The position numbers were made by a program, and so were the translations under genes. A stretch of DNA of 47,651 nucleotides, taken from contig JANOGO010000312.1 of NCBI GenBank assembly GCA_031406045.1, forward strand, positions 1 to 47,651, in the 5' to 3' direction. Source of the stretch: Pseudomonadota bacterium. GTDB lineage: Bacteria; Pseudomonadota; Gammaproteobacteria; Burkholderiales; JALYOK01. A model generated the notes under the pieces. The model worked only from the letters and a program-made list of their open reading frames with translations. It was not told the origin of the DNA and ran no database searches. This document shows positions 18,005 through 27,896 of the stretch, piece by piece (position 1 is the stretch's first letter; the number at the start of each line of letters is the position of its first letter).

Positions 18005-18067
18005 CCTTGCTTTTTGGCGCCAGCGCCGGCCTTGAAGATGTTCAACTTCTCAATTCTTTAATCTCCT

Positions 18068-19288
18068 ATGCCATCAATCAAAAAAGTAGTCCTAGCCTAT
18101 TCTGGTGGTCTCGATACCTCGGTCATTTTGAAATGGCTGCAAGACGTTTATCACTGTGAAGTCGTCACCTTCACCGCCGACATCGGCCAGGGTGAAGAGC
18201 TTGAGCCGGCGCGGCAGAAGGCGAAAAAATTCGGCATCAAAGAAATTTTCGTCGATGATTTGCGCGAGGAATTCGTCCGCGATTTTGTGTTCCCGATGTT
18301 TCGCGCCAACGCCGTATACGAAGGTGAATATCTGCTCGGCACCTCGATCGCGCGGCCGCTGATCGCCAAACGCCAAGTCGAAATCGCGCGCAAAGTAAAA
18401 GCGGATGCGGTCTCCCACGGCGCAACCGGCAAGGGCAACGATCAAGTGCGCTTCGAGTTAGGCTACTACGCGCTGGAACCGAGTATTCACGTCATCGCGC
18501 CGTGGCGCGAATGGGATCTGACCTCGCGCGAAAAATTATTGAAGTACGCCGAGAAAGCCGGCATTGCCGTCGATTACAAAAAGAAAAAAGGCGGCGGCGC
18601 GCCCTATTCGATGGATGCGAACTTGCTGCATATTTCCTACGAAGGCGGCGTGCTAGAAGATCCGAATTTCGAGCCGGAAGATTCCATGTGGCGCATCACC
18701 GTGTCGCCGGAAAAAGCGCCGGCAAAACCGGAATACGTCGAGCTCGAATACAAGCAAGGCGATATCGTCGCGATCAGCGGCAGGAAAATGACGCCGGCGC
18801 AAGTGCTCACGGAGCTCAATCGCCTCGGCGGCAAACACGGTGTGGGTCGTTTAGATGTCGTGGAAAATCGCTACGTCGGCATGAAATCCCGCGGCTGCTA
18901 CGAAACCCCCGGCGGCACGATCATGCTACGCGCCCATCGCGCGATGGAATCGATTACGCTGGATCGAGAAGTCCTCGCACTCAAAGACGATCTCATGCCA
19001 CGCTACGCGCGCATGGTCTACAACGGTTATTGGTGGAGCCCGGAACGCAAACTGCTGCAAAGCATGATCGATCTCTCGCAAGCGCCGGTGAACGGCACAG
19101 TGCGCGTGAAGCTGTACAAAGGAACGGTCACCACCGTCGGCCGCTCGTCGAAAAAAGATTCGCTGTTCGATCCGGCGATCTCGACGTTCGAAGAAGATAA
19201 GGGCGCGTACAACCAAGCGGATGCGGCGGGATTTATTAAGCTGAATGCGTTGCGGATGCGGATTGCGGCGAAGCTAAACCGAAAATAG
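18068..19288 (+). CDS. argG: Argininosuccinate synthase
   Basis: 406 aa. '[13 protein letters not shown]', '[17 protein letters not shown]' and '[15 protein letters not shown]'. Confidence 0.96.
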   Translation: MPSIKKVVLAYSGGLDTSVILKWLQDVYHCEVVTFTADIGQGEELEPARQKAKKFGIKEIFVDDLREEFVRDFVFPMFRANAVYEGEYLLGTSIARPLIAKRQVEIARKVKADAVSHGATGKGNDQVRFELGYYALEPSIHVIAPWREWDLTSREKLLKYAEKAGIAVDYKKKKGGGAPYSMDANLLHISYEGGVLEDPNFEPEDSMWRITVSPEKAPAKPEYVELEYKQGDIVAISGRKMTPAQVLTELNRLGGKHGVGRLDVVENRYVGMKSRGCYETPGGTIMLRAHRAMESITLDREVLALKDDLMPRYARMVYNGYWWSPERKLLQSMIDLSQAPVNGTVRVKLYKGTVTTVGRSSKKDSLFDPAISTFEEDKGAYNQADAAGFIKLNALRMRIAAKLNRK

Positions 19289-19472
19289 AAACAGGGGTTA
19301 AATCCAAAACATCGAGCCAAGAGCTTTATGGATGGGACCTGGGCTCGGTCCACTGGCTCTCAGGCCATGCCCACTAAAAACCGGTAGCCTGGCTGGAGCA
19401 TCGCGCAATCCAGGACTGTCTTTCTCCGGATTTCATTTCATGCCATTGCACTTTCTTAAGTGGGGGATCGAT

Positions 19473-20405
19473 CTATAAAACCGCACCGAACTCCGCTTGA
19501 AATTTCCGCGCGATATCGGCGCGCGTGAGCGCATGATTTTGCCCGCCGCGGTTGGCGATTTTGATCGATCCCATCAGCGACGCGAGGCGCCCGGTTTTTT
19601 CCCACTCCCAACCCGACTGAATGCCGTACAGTAGGCCGGCACGATAGGCGTCGCCGCAACCCGTTGGGTCAACTAACGCTTCCGCTTTCACGCACGGAAT
19701 ATCGTAGCGTTTCCCACCGGCGTAAATCTGCGAACCCTGCGCGCCTAAAGTGACGATCGCCGCCTTCACATTGCGCGCCAATTGCGCCATCGTCTCACCG
19801 GTTTTTTCCTGCATCATCTGCGCTTCATAATCGTTACACGCCAGATAATCCGCTTGGCGCAAAAACGCGCGGATATCATCGCCGCCGAACATCGGCAATC
19901 CCTGACCCGGATCGAAAATAAACGGAATGCCTGCCTCCTCAAATTCTTTCGCGTGCTGAATCATGCCATCGCGGCCATCGGGGGCGATGATGCCGAGCGC
20001 TATATCTTTCGCATCGGCAATGTGATTTTGATGGGAGAAATTCATCGCGCCGGGGTGAAACGCAGTGATCTGATTATCGTCGAGATCGGTGGTGATGAAG
20101 GCTTGCGCCGTGAATGTTTCCGGCACATGGCGAATATGATTTTGCGCGATGCCAAGCTTTTCCAGGCGTTCGCGATAGGGCTGAAAATCGTCGCCGACGC
20201 TCGCCATGATCAGCGGCTTGCCGCCGAGCATCTGCAAGTTGTACGCGATGTTGCCCGCACAACCGCCGAATTCACGCCGCATGTCCGGCACCAAGAACGC
20301 CACATTCAACATGTGAATCTTGTCCGGCAAAATATGATTTTTGAATTGATCTTTAAACACCATGATGGTGTCGAAGGCCATTGAACCGCAAATCAGCGCA
20401 TGCAT
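19473..20405 (-). CDS. PfkB-family carbohydrate/nucleoside kinase
   Basis: 310 aa. 'GGCAGNIAYNL' (GG motif) and 'DPTGCGDAYRAG' (the DTxGAGD-type anion hole). Confidence 0.8.
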   Translation of the reverse strand: MHALICGSMAFDTIMVFKDQFKNHILPDKIHMLNVAFLVPDMRREFGGCAGNIAYNLQMLGGKPLIMASVGDDFQPYRERLEKLGIAQNHIRHVPETFTAQAFITTDLDDNQITAFHPGAMNFSHQNHIADAKDIALGIIAPDGRDGMIQHAKEFEEAGIPFIFDPGQGLPMFGGDDIRAFLRQADYLACNDYEAQMMQEKTGETMAQLARNVKAAIVTLGAQGSQIYAGGKRYDIPCVKAEALVDPTGCGDAYRAGLLYGIQSGWEWEKTGRLASLMGSIKIANRGGQNHALTRADIARKFQAEFGAVL

Positions 20406-20467
20406 ATTATTTCCGTCTTGAGGGAGTTGCCGCGATTATAGCAACTCGATTGTAAGCAGCCGGCCAG

Positions 20468-21286
20468 CTATTTTTGCTGCCGGCCTGCCGCTTGTTTTGC
20501 TTCGCTCGATCGCATGAATTTGATATCGCCGAAAAAGCCTTCCGATTTTGTTTCGGTCGCATCGGAATCACAGTGGATGCCAATCGACACCATTCGCCCC
20601 GGCTCTTCGCCAAACACGCGACGAAAATCCTCGACGATGTTGCGATTCTCCATCACCCATTCGCCGAGACGCTCGGGACCGCTTTGCGCCAACAACAAAC
20701 GAATGCGCGGATTCCAGCCATTGTTAATCACGCTTTCTTTCGCTGCGCCGTCGCCCCAAGTGTATTCAAGCGTGGCATAGGGTGGATCGGTGCCTAACAA
20801 TGCGCGCGATTCGGCAAAAGTCATTTGATCGCTAAACGATAATTTGTCTTTATCGCCTTCGAACGCGATGATAATCCGTACCGGCGTGTCCTCGGATTTA
20901 CGGCTGGTTGAGTTTGCGCCCGGCACCAAACGCGGCGCTTTCCAACGCCAGCTTAAAATCGGAAACTCGTTCGGATCGATATCGATATTTTCCAGCATTA
21001 CCGACGACGAATTTTCCGATATCGCATGGGCGACCGTCGTTCCATCGTCATCGACTAATTCGAATTTCGTCGGCGCGCGAAACCTCGAAAAACTCAGTTC
21101 TTGCCAACCGCCGGGAAACGCGCCGCCAGGCTTCGCGACAGAAAATGGAGTGACTTGCTTAGACGCAATTTTTCCGCCGGCGGGGGGCGAGTGGGCGCAA
21201 CCGCTTTGCAATACGGCCAGCGCGACGACCGCCAGAACGACCGTGTGTGACGTTCGGATCGATCGAATAAATTCAGTGAAAATCAT
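20468..21286 (-). CDS. DUF3047-like secreted protein
   Basis: 272 aa with an N-terminal signal/anchor. 'ILSWRWKAPRLVPGANSTSRKSEDTPVRIIIAFEGD' and 'TLEYTWGDG' resemble the DUF3047 family as I remember it. Confidence 0.55.
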   Translation of the reverse strand: MIFTEFIRSIRTSHTVVLAVVALAVLQSGCAHSPPAGGKIASKQVTPFSVAKPGGAFPGGWQELSFSRFRAPTKFELVDDDGTTVAHAISENSSSVMLENIDIDPNEFPILSWRWKAPRLVPGANSTSRKSEDTPVRIIIAFEGDKDKLSFSDQMTFAESRALLGTDPPYATLEYTWGDGAAKESVINNGWNPRIRLLLAQSGPERLGEWVMENRNIVEDFRRVFGEEPGRMVSIGIHCDSDATETKSEGFFGDIKFMRSSEAKQAAGRQQK

Positions 21287-21427
21287 GCTATTCCCTATTT
21301 TGCATTTTCGCCATCAATGGCTACCGCAAACCGTTATCATACCTGCAATGCCAGTAACCGCACCACGCTTGCCTTTCCATTGCATCTGGCCTGTGAGCCA
21401 TTATCCACGCGCCTCTTGGAGCACGGC

Positions 21428-22162
21428 TTATTTAAACATTTCACTGCGATCGAGAAATTGTTGCCATAATCGTAACCACGTGCGCCAATCGTGACCGCCC
21501 GGAATCACCGCCACCTGCGCGGCCGGCAAGCGCGTCGCATACCAGCCAAGCGGCTTGGCAAACCGATCGCTCGCGCCATAACTCAAATGAAATTTCAGCG
21601 GCGATTCCCTTTGTTTAAAATCCCGCAGCCACGCGATGACCAAACGCTGATCGTCCCACGGATCGGAGAGATCGGGGCGCCACGCGTCCAGACCACCGGC
21701 TTTGATCACTTCATCGAATATTTTTTTCTCGCCAAGAAACGGCGCGAGCAACAACATCCCTTCTACTTCGTTTGCGTTCCGCCGCACATACTGCAACGAT
21801 CCCCAACCGCCCAGTGAAATGCCGACAAACCAAATACGGCGATAGCCTTTCGCGCGCGCCGGCACGATCACATCTTGATGCAATCGTTCGACGACGATGT
21901 GTTTTTCGTAATAGCCCCAATGCGCTCGCACTGCGACAAGATCCGCGTCGATATTGCGTTCGCGCACGGCCTGAACGAATCCCTCATTCAGAAACGTCTC
22001 CGGCGCATCGGCGATGCCAGGCAACAATACAATTAAGTTTTGGCTCGGATTCACGCCGCTGGGAAAATAAAGTTGATCGATCGGCGTCGTGACCGGCAAA
22101 GGTTTTGTCGCGCAACCCACAAGCGTGATCAATAAAATGAATAGGTAACGACGATAAATCAT
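21428..22162 (-). CDS. Alpha/beta-hydrolase lipoprotein (esterase)
   Basis: Start trimmed to ATG 22162 (MIYRRYLFILLITLVGC, lipobox LVGC), which forms an ATGA overlap with the MMPL gene stop. Nucleophile elbow 'FVGISLGGWG'. Confidence 0.65.
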   Translation of the reverse strand: MIYRRYLFILLITLVGCATKPLPVTTPIDQLYFPSGVNPSQNLIVLLPGIADAPETFLNEGFVQAVRERNIDADLVAVRAHWGYYEKHIVVERLHQDVIVPARAKGYRRIWFVGISLGGWGSLQYVRRNANEVEGMLLLAPFLGEKKIFDEVIKAGGLDAWRPDLSDPWDDQRLVIAWLRDFKQRESPLKFHLSYGASDRFAKPLGWYATRLPAAQVAVIPGGHDWRTWLRLWQQFLDRSEMFK

Positions 22163-24531
22163 ATTGTCGAAACCGAGCGGTCGGGCGTTAATACCGCAGC
22201 AAAAATCAAGCTCAGCACCGCGCCGCACGCAACGGTCGCGCCGATCGCCGCGAGCACCGGCGTTTGGCACAGGCCAAGCAAGCCGAATCCGATGATCGTG
22301 GAAATGTTGCATAACACCAGTGAGGCCAGCGTCCGCTCCGGCGCGGCCCGCGCGAAATTTTCGTTATCGAAAAACAACGAATAATTCGAACCGACGCCGA
22401 TCACCAACAGCAAACCGACGAGGTGAAAAATACTCAGCGCATGCCCGGCGATCAAGGTCAGCGCCGTCGTCACAATCACCGCTGCTACGAGCGGCGCAAG
22501 CACTCGATAAGTCCGCGCAACACTGCGCAAACTCACCAGCAGCAGCGCGGTAATTGCCAGGGCGCCGAGCAACGCGTTGATCAGCGCTTGGTGACGATAA
22601 CGGCTGAACAATTGGTCTGATTCTGTTTTCAGATTAATCAGTGAAACGCTGCTGTCGTTCAATGCGGAAATCGCTTGGCGCAAACGCGCTTCGTCTTTCA
22701 AGCCACGAATCGGCATTAGCCCTACGGTGGCGCCGCGCTTGGTCACGAGCAAACCGTCGACTTTGAGCTGGAACGCGGTGCCGGCCAAGTTTTCGCGCGT
22801 GAGTAACGGCGCAGATTTAGTTTTTGCAACATCATTCAAGAACGGTTGAAACAACCCATTTTGAAACGGCATGCCTTGCACAGCCGCATCCAGATTGCCT
22901 CGCAGCACCGATGCCTCGGGGAGCGAAGCGCGGCGCGCCTCCTGGCTTGCCTTGCTTGGTAGATAAAGTGATGGCGCATCGAAACCGCTCATCACGCTCT
23001 GTTCGATCAGCTGTCGTAATACGCGCGACAGTTCCTCGGATTTTTGTAACGCCGCTTCTTCATCTTTACCTTTGACCGTGAGCAACACGCCGACTTCCGG
23101 CGCGCCGATATCGCCGCGCAACGACTCGTCGAGTTTTTTGTCGGCGATCGGCATCGGGCTCAAGCTGCCGAGATCATCGTTCCACAAACGGTCGCGATGA
23201 GAAAAAACAATCGCAACACCGAGCGCGGCAAGTGCCCAGACGAGCATTTTCAACTTGGGAGCAAACGCCGCCAAGCTCAGCAACCGCTGCCGTAAACCCC
23301 AACCGATAGGGGCGCTGAAGCCCGCTGGCATAAAATGCGGCAGAACCCAACGGGTAACCAACAACGCTGTGACAATGCCAGCGATGGAAAACAAACCTAA
23401 CTGCCCTAGTCCCGGAAAACCGGAAAAAAACATCGCGCTGAATCCCGCCACGGAAGTCAGCACGCCGAGGCGCAGCGTGGGCCAAATTTGGTTCAGCGAT
23501 TCACTCGCTTTGCGTTCACGCGTTTGTTGCGTGAAAAGATAAATCGCATAATCGACCGCTTCGCCGATCAGGGTCACGCCGAAGCCGAGCGTGATGCCGT
23601 GCACCGACCCGTAGGCCACGCTGACGGCGCTGATGCCCGCCAAGACACCGGTGCCGACGGGCAACAAACCGAGCAGCAGAATTCGCGGCGAGCGATAAAA
23701 CCACAGGATCAACACGGCGACCAAAACGGTGGCGATGGTGGAGTTTTTTGTTGCGTCGGAACGGATCGCTTCGCGCGTGTTAATCGCAAACACACCGGGG
23801 CCAATGGCGAGCAACTTTAATTGTTTATCGCCGGCAATTTTTCCGAAACGCTCACGCAACTCTTTTTGAATCACCTCTTGCGCGTCGAGATCGAACCCCG
23901 GCGCCTTGGTTTGCACGACTAGTAACGCTCGTTTGCCGTCGCGCGAAAACCACACACCGTCGCGCTGCGCCGGGCGGGTTTCACCTTCGAATTGCTCGAT
24001 CAGATGAATGAATTCGCCGCTCGGATCCTCCGGCAAAATTCGCTTCACCAACATGCCGAGCGGTGAGCCAAGTAGATCGAGATTGTTCTCAAGAGACGCG
24101 CGTAATCCATCGGTGGAAAATCGTTGCGGCGTGACAGCATCGCTGAGCAAATATCGATTCTTCAACAAATAATCGCGCTCGGGACCCATGCGCGTTTCAT
24201 CGCCGTTTTGCACGTAAGCCAAACTGGGCATCGCGATCAACTGTTCGAGAAATGTTTTACTCGCTGCGGCGCGCTGCGCCTCGTCACCGCCTTCGATAGC
24301 CAATAACAAAATGCGCGAGACGACGCCGTCTTGCAATTGATCGACCAAAATCTGCTGCGCTTCGCTCGGCTTGCTCGGCAGAAACGCACTGATGTCGCCA
24401 GTGATCGTCGTGTTATGAATGATCCACGCGCACGCGAATACTACCAACAACCAAATGATGGCGGCGCGCAACGCAGCGGATTTCAAAAGGCACTCGCGCC
24501 GGCAGGCAATAGGGACGGGCTGGCCAGGCAA
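22159..24531 (-). CDS. MMPL/RND-superfamily exporter (aryl-polyene cluster type)
   Basis: 790 aa with two bundles of ~6 TM helices separated by large soluble loops. Located where the MMPL exporter sits in aryl-polyene/xanthomonadin clusters. Confidence 0.8.
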   Translation of the reverse strand: MPGQPVPIACRRECLLKSAALRAAIIWLLVVFACAWIIHNTTITGDISAFLPSKPSEAQQILVDQLQDGVVSRILLLAIEGGDEAQRAAASKTFLEQLIAMPSLAYVQNGDETRMGPERDYLLKNRYLLSDAVTPQRFSTDGLRASLENNLDLLGSPLGMLVKRILPEDPSGEFIHLIEQFEGETRPAQRDGVWFSRDGKRALLVVQTKAPGFDLDAQEVIQKELRERFGKIAGDKQLKLLAIGPGVFAINTREAIRSDATKNSTIATVLVAVLILWFYRSPRILLLGLLPVGTGVLAGISAVSVAYGSVHGITLGFGVTLIGEAVDYAIYLFTQQTRERKASESLNQIWPTLRLGVLTSVAGFSAMFFSGFPGLGQLGLFSIAGIVTALLVTRWVLPHFMPAGFSAPIGWGLRQRLLSLAAFAPKLKMLVWALAALGVAIVFSHRDRLWNDDLGSLSPMPIADKKLDESLRGDIGAPEVGVLLTVKGKDEEAALQKSEELSRVLRQLIEQSVMSGFDAPSLYLPSKASQEARRASLPEASVLRGNLDAAVQGMPFQNGLFQPFLNDVAKTKSAPLLTRENLAGTAFQLKVDGLLVTKRGATVGLMPIRGLKDEARLRQAISALNDSSVSLINLKTESDQLFSRYRHQALINALLGALAITALLLVSLRSVARTYRVLAPLVAAVIVTTALTLIAGHALSIFHLVGLLLVIGVGSNYSLFFDNENFARAAPERTLASLVLCNISTIIGFGLLGLCQTPVLAAIGATVACGAVLSLIFAAVLTPDRSVSTI

Positions 24532-24538
24532 GGCATGG

Positions 24539-25165
24539 CTAAGAGGTAGTATCGATAAGGGTCCTAGCGATGCCTGTTGTTTCAGGAGCAGCGCTGCTGA
24601 TGGCTTCTTCGGTCACCGTCATCTCCGAATGATCACCATCGGCCTCGGTAATTTCGATCACATTCATGCGATCTTTACTGCCGCGAATGACGATCGATTG
24701 AATCAATGCCGTCATTTTTTTCTCGGTCGGTTGTAATTGCAATTGCCATGCTTGGCGCGAGCCCTCGAGCTTTACTTTGTAGAATTGCCGCAGCGCCGAC
24801 AGATCGCCCTTGAGCGTGCCGCGCATGCTTTCGACGAATGCCCACAACACCGGATAATCTTGAATTTGCAGTGAACGCTTGCGGCCGCGCATCTCGATCG
24901 TCAACGTATCTTGATCGACCACCATGCTTTCCGGCTTGGGCGCGAGCGTGAGTTTTTCCAATCGATGCGGCGCGGTATAGATTAAACGGCCCGACGATTC
25001 CAGCGGCGCATTAAGCAGCTTCAAATATTTTTTCTCGACGAATGTGCCTTTCGCTTGCTTGACGCGGCCGAGTTCGATCATCAATTCCGATAGGCCCCAC
25101 GCGGAATCTGCCGCGTGAGCAGGCAGCGACAGCGCAAGCAGCAACAACAACAAATATTTAAGCAT
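24539..25165 (-). CDS. LolA-like outer-membrane lipoprotein carrier protein
   Basis: The probable start MLKYLLLLLLALSLPAHA (ATG 25165) overlaps the upstream gene by 8 nt. ~208 aa, secreted, LolA-like size and pattern. Canonical partner of the MMPL gene in these clusters. Confidence 0.6.
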   Translation of the reverse strand: MLKYLLLLLLALSLPAHAADSAWGLSELMIELGRVKQAKGTFVEKKYLKLLNAPLESSGRLIYTAPHRLEKLTLAPKPESMVVDQDTLTIEMRGRKRSLQIQDYPVLWAFVESMRGTLKGDLSALRQFYKVKLEGSRQAWQLQLQPTEKKMTALIQSIVIRGSKDRMNVIEITEADGDHSEMTVTEEAISSAAPETTGIARTLIDTTS

Positions 25166-26066
25166 CGGTTTTGTTTTCGCCATTCCAAAAATCATAAAAA
25201 TTAAACCAGTTGTAGGGCGCTAATCGGCAATAATGTTCGAGGCGTTCGACATAACGCCGCTGCCACGATTGAATAACGCGCTCGCGATTGATACGGTCGA
25301 CGGCGCCACCCTCAACGAGTTGCTCGAAGTATAAATCATAGCGATTGCCGCCTTGATACAAACCGACCATCATAATTACCGGGCATTTCAGCATCGCGGC
25401 CAAGCGAAATGGCGCGTCGGGAAATTCGGCATCCTGGCCAAAAAAATTAACCTTCACTTGGCCGGTCTCGCTGATCGCACGATCGCCGAGCATGCCGACC
25501 AATTCGCCCGCATCCAAATGCTCGCCGATTTTCAACATCGAATCGAGCTTACCCAATCCGATAATATTCATTTTGAAATTGGGATTAACTGCATGCAATA
25601 CGGCATTGAGCTTGCGCGCAATATCTTCAAACATCAACATGCGCACCGTCACACCGCGGCGTTTCTCGCCGATCGCCCGTAGCATTTCGAAGCTGCCGGC
25701 GTGGGCACCGAGCAACAAGGCACCGCGCCCGTTATCGACTAAATTGAGCAATGGTTCGTGGCCAAAACTTCGAATGTCGAATAGATCGAAACGATCACTC
25801 AGCAAAAACACTCGATCGAGCGCAACTGTGGCGAAGGTCAAGTAGTGTCGATAAACATCGCGCAATGTCGCCGGCCGGCCTAACGCCCTCGCGAGATATT
25901 GCTTCGATCCATCGCGCGCCTTGACGGAAAACAAAATGAAATAGAGGCAGATCGGATATAGCAGCCATTGCCCGACGCGCCGCCCCAGAACGCTCGTGAT
26001 CCACACCAGCGTTCGCAGCGCAAAAATATTGCTGCGCTCGGCTTGCGCGAGCCATTGCGGATTCAT
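25158..26066 (-). CDS. Lysophospholipid/lipid A (LpxL-HtrB-like) acyltransferase
   Basis: 302 aa. N-terminal TM segment, 'GALLLGAHAGSFEMLR' (HX4-type motif region). ATGA overlap with the upstream dehydratase gene. Confidence 0.65.
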   Translation of the reverse strand: MNPQWLAQAERSNIFALRTLVWITSVLGRRVGQWLLYPICLYFILFSVKARDGSKQYLARALGRPATLRDVYRHYLTFATVALDRVFLLSDRFDLFDIRSFGHEPLLNLVDNGRGALLLGAHAGSFEMLRAIGEKRRGVTVRMLMFEDIARKLNAVLHAVNPNFKMNIIGLGKLDSMLKIGEHLDAGELVGMLGDRAISETGQVKVNFFGQDAEFPDAPFRLAAMLKCPVIMMVGLYQGGNRYDLYFEQLVEGGAVDRINRERVIQSWQRRYVERLEHYCRLAPYNWFNFYDFWNGENKTDA

Positions 26067-26380
26067 GAATTCACTCGCGCGACGGAATATTCGAAATTAC
26101 CGGACAACACCAAAGTTGCCAAGACGCTGCATTGGAATTTTACTTGTGTCGGCGTGACGGTTTCAAACTGAATGGTGACGGTATTGCCGGGTCGCGTTGG
26201 ACTCAAAAACTTTGCCACTTTGATGGTGATTTTTTCCAGCGGCGCGACAATTATTTTTTCCCAAGCACGTATCACTTCACTGAGCAGCAATGCGCCTGGG
26301 ACGATTGGATTTCCGGGAAAATGGCCCGCGGCCGAGGGGTGATCCCGCGGGATTACAATGTCGACTTGAGTCATTGGCAA
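26063..26380 (-). CDS. Hotdog-fold 3-hydroxyacyl-ACP dehydratase (FabA/FabZ-like)
   Basis: 105 aa. 'HPSAAGHFPGNPIVPGALLLSEVI' is the FabZ-type catalytic His motif. Confidence 0.7.
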   Translation of the reverse strand: MPMTQVDIVIPRDHPSAAGHFPGNPIVPGALLLSEVIRAWEKIIVAPLEKITIKVAKFLSPTRPGNTVTIQFETVTPTQVKFQCSVLATLVLSGNFEYSVARVNS

Positions 26381-26405
26381 AACGAGCGCAGCGTCGCGGT
26401 AAAAT

Positions 26406-27734
26406 TTAACCGCGCAATGTTAGCACGAGGGCAGCGATCGCTTCGCGCGGCAACTTGCCGGTGCTGTTGCGCGGCAATGCATCGACGAAATGAATCGGCC
26501 TCGGCAAAAATGCCGCGTCGATGCGCGTGCGCAGCGCCGTGATAATTTGCGCGGACGTTAAGCCCGGCGCGACCACCAGCGCGGTTAAACGCGTGATGTT
26601 GTGATCTTGTTCGTCCGGCATGAAGAACACGCCGTCGGTGACGCCCATAATCGCATTGAGATGAAAGTTTAGATTTGCCAGCGAAGTACGTTTTCCCGCG
26701 ATGTTGATGACGTCCGCGGCGCGGCCGTGCAACAGAAAATGTTCATGGTCGATCACATCGATGACATCGAGTAGCTTGGCTTCCACTTCGACCGAACCAC
26801 CGTGGGTGAACACCTCGTCGCCGCGCGCATAAACGCGGATGTCGCGATAGGTTTTCCAAGTTGGATTGACGACGGTACGCCGTGTCGCGACTTGTCCCGC
26901 CTCGGTGCAGCCGTAAACCTCGTACAACGGCACAGACAGTTTTGTTTCGGCCAACTGCGCCAAATCCAACGGCAGCGGCGCGGTGGCGCTAACCAGGCAC
27001 GCGAGTTGCGGCACGTGCTCTTCGTCACTGAGCAATGCGCGCAAATGAAACGGCGTCGTCACCAGCACGCGCGCGCCGGAAATCTGCGATAGCGCGGCGC
27101 GAATATCAGCCGGATAAAACGGATGGCCACCGAAAAACGAAATGCCGGTTTGCAATGCCAAAATCAAACTCGATTCCAGGCCATACATATGTTGCGGCGG
27201 GACAGTGGCGACCAACGTCGTTTCAGAGCCCGGTGATAATGCAAATCGCTCCGCTTGCGCGATGGCGCCACGCGCAACGCCGCCCCAGGTTTTCACATGG
27301 GCAGTCGGGCGGCCGGTGGAACCCGACGTAAATACGTACGCGGCGATTTGCTGTGCGGGAATTTTCGGAACGACAAATGCGCCGGAAATCGACGGCGCTA
27401 GCTCGGGAAAATCAAAGCGCTCAAGCACAATTTCGGTGAGCGGACTATCGGCGAGCGCATACAACCCAGGATGATCTTCAAGCAACGACGCAACAAACGC
27501 CGGCGTGTAGTTGGGTGGCAACAAACTGATTTGGCCGCGAACGAGCGCTGCACAAAGGCCGACCGCGAAGCGATAACGATCGCTGCATAAGTTGATGACG
27601 TAGCGCCGCTCGGGAAGCTGCGCGGCGAGGGATTGCACATCGCCGATAAACTGCACTGCGGAGATCGCGGCCCGCTTGTGGAAGGCGACCGGCTGCTGCG
27701 CGCTCTGATGTTGAATTAACGGAATTGAAATCAC
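26406..27734 (-). CDS. AMP-dependent synthetase/ligase (aryl-acid:ACP ligase candidate)
   Basis: 'YVFTSGSTGRPTAHVKTW' (A3 core), 'YGCTEAG' and 'GKLPR'. The ORF-track start at 27785 lies inside REP copy d, so I trimmed it to the GTG at 27734. The start is uncertain. Confidence 0.75.
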   Translation of the reverse strand: MISIPLIQHQSAQQPVAFHKRAAISAVQFIGDVQSLAAQLPERRYVINLCSDRYRFAVGLCAALVRGQISLLPPNYTPAFVASLLEDHPGLYALADSPLTEIVLERFDFPELAPSISGAFVVPKIPAQQIAAYVFTSGSTGRPTAHVKTWGGVARGAIAQAERFALSPGSETTLVATVPPQHMYGLESSLILALQTGISFFGGHPFYPADIRAALSQISGARVLVTTPFHLRALLSDEEHVPQLACLVSATAPLPLDLAQLAETKLSVPLYEVYGCTEAGQVATRRTVVNPTWKTYRDIRVYARGDEVFTHGGSVEVEAKLLDVIDVIDHEHFLLHGRAADVINIAGKRTSLANLNFHLNAIMGVTDGVFFMPDEQDHNITRLTALVVAPGLTSAQIITALRTRIDAAFLPRPIHFVDALPRNSTGKLPREAIAALVLTLRG

Positions 27735-27768
27735 ATTAAAATTGCGGGCGCGTGTTCGAATAGGCGCC

Positions 27769-27853
27769 AACCCCTCACCCTGCACCGTCTCCCCATAGGG
27801 GAGAGGGGATTCGGCTCCCTCTCCCGCTTGGGGGTGAGGGTTGGGGTGAGGGC
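27769..27853. repeat. GGGTGAGGG-type REP element, copy d
   Basis: 'cccctcaccctgcaccg tctccccataggggagagg ggattcgg ctccctctcccgcttgggggtgagggttggggtgaggg'. Inserted between two genes of the minus-strand aryl-polyene operon. Confidence 0.65.
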
Positions 27854-27896
27854 CGGCACATATTTCACAAAGATCGTCGATCCAATTTGCAAAAGC

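Noticed and set aside
21428-22312. Full-length 294-aa version of the esterase ORF, and the 27785 start of the AMP-ligase.
   Set aside because: The esterase extension overlaps the MMPL gene by about 150 nt and precedes a perfect lipoprotein signal peptide beginning at ATG 22162. The ligase extension begins inside REP copy d. Both were trimmed.
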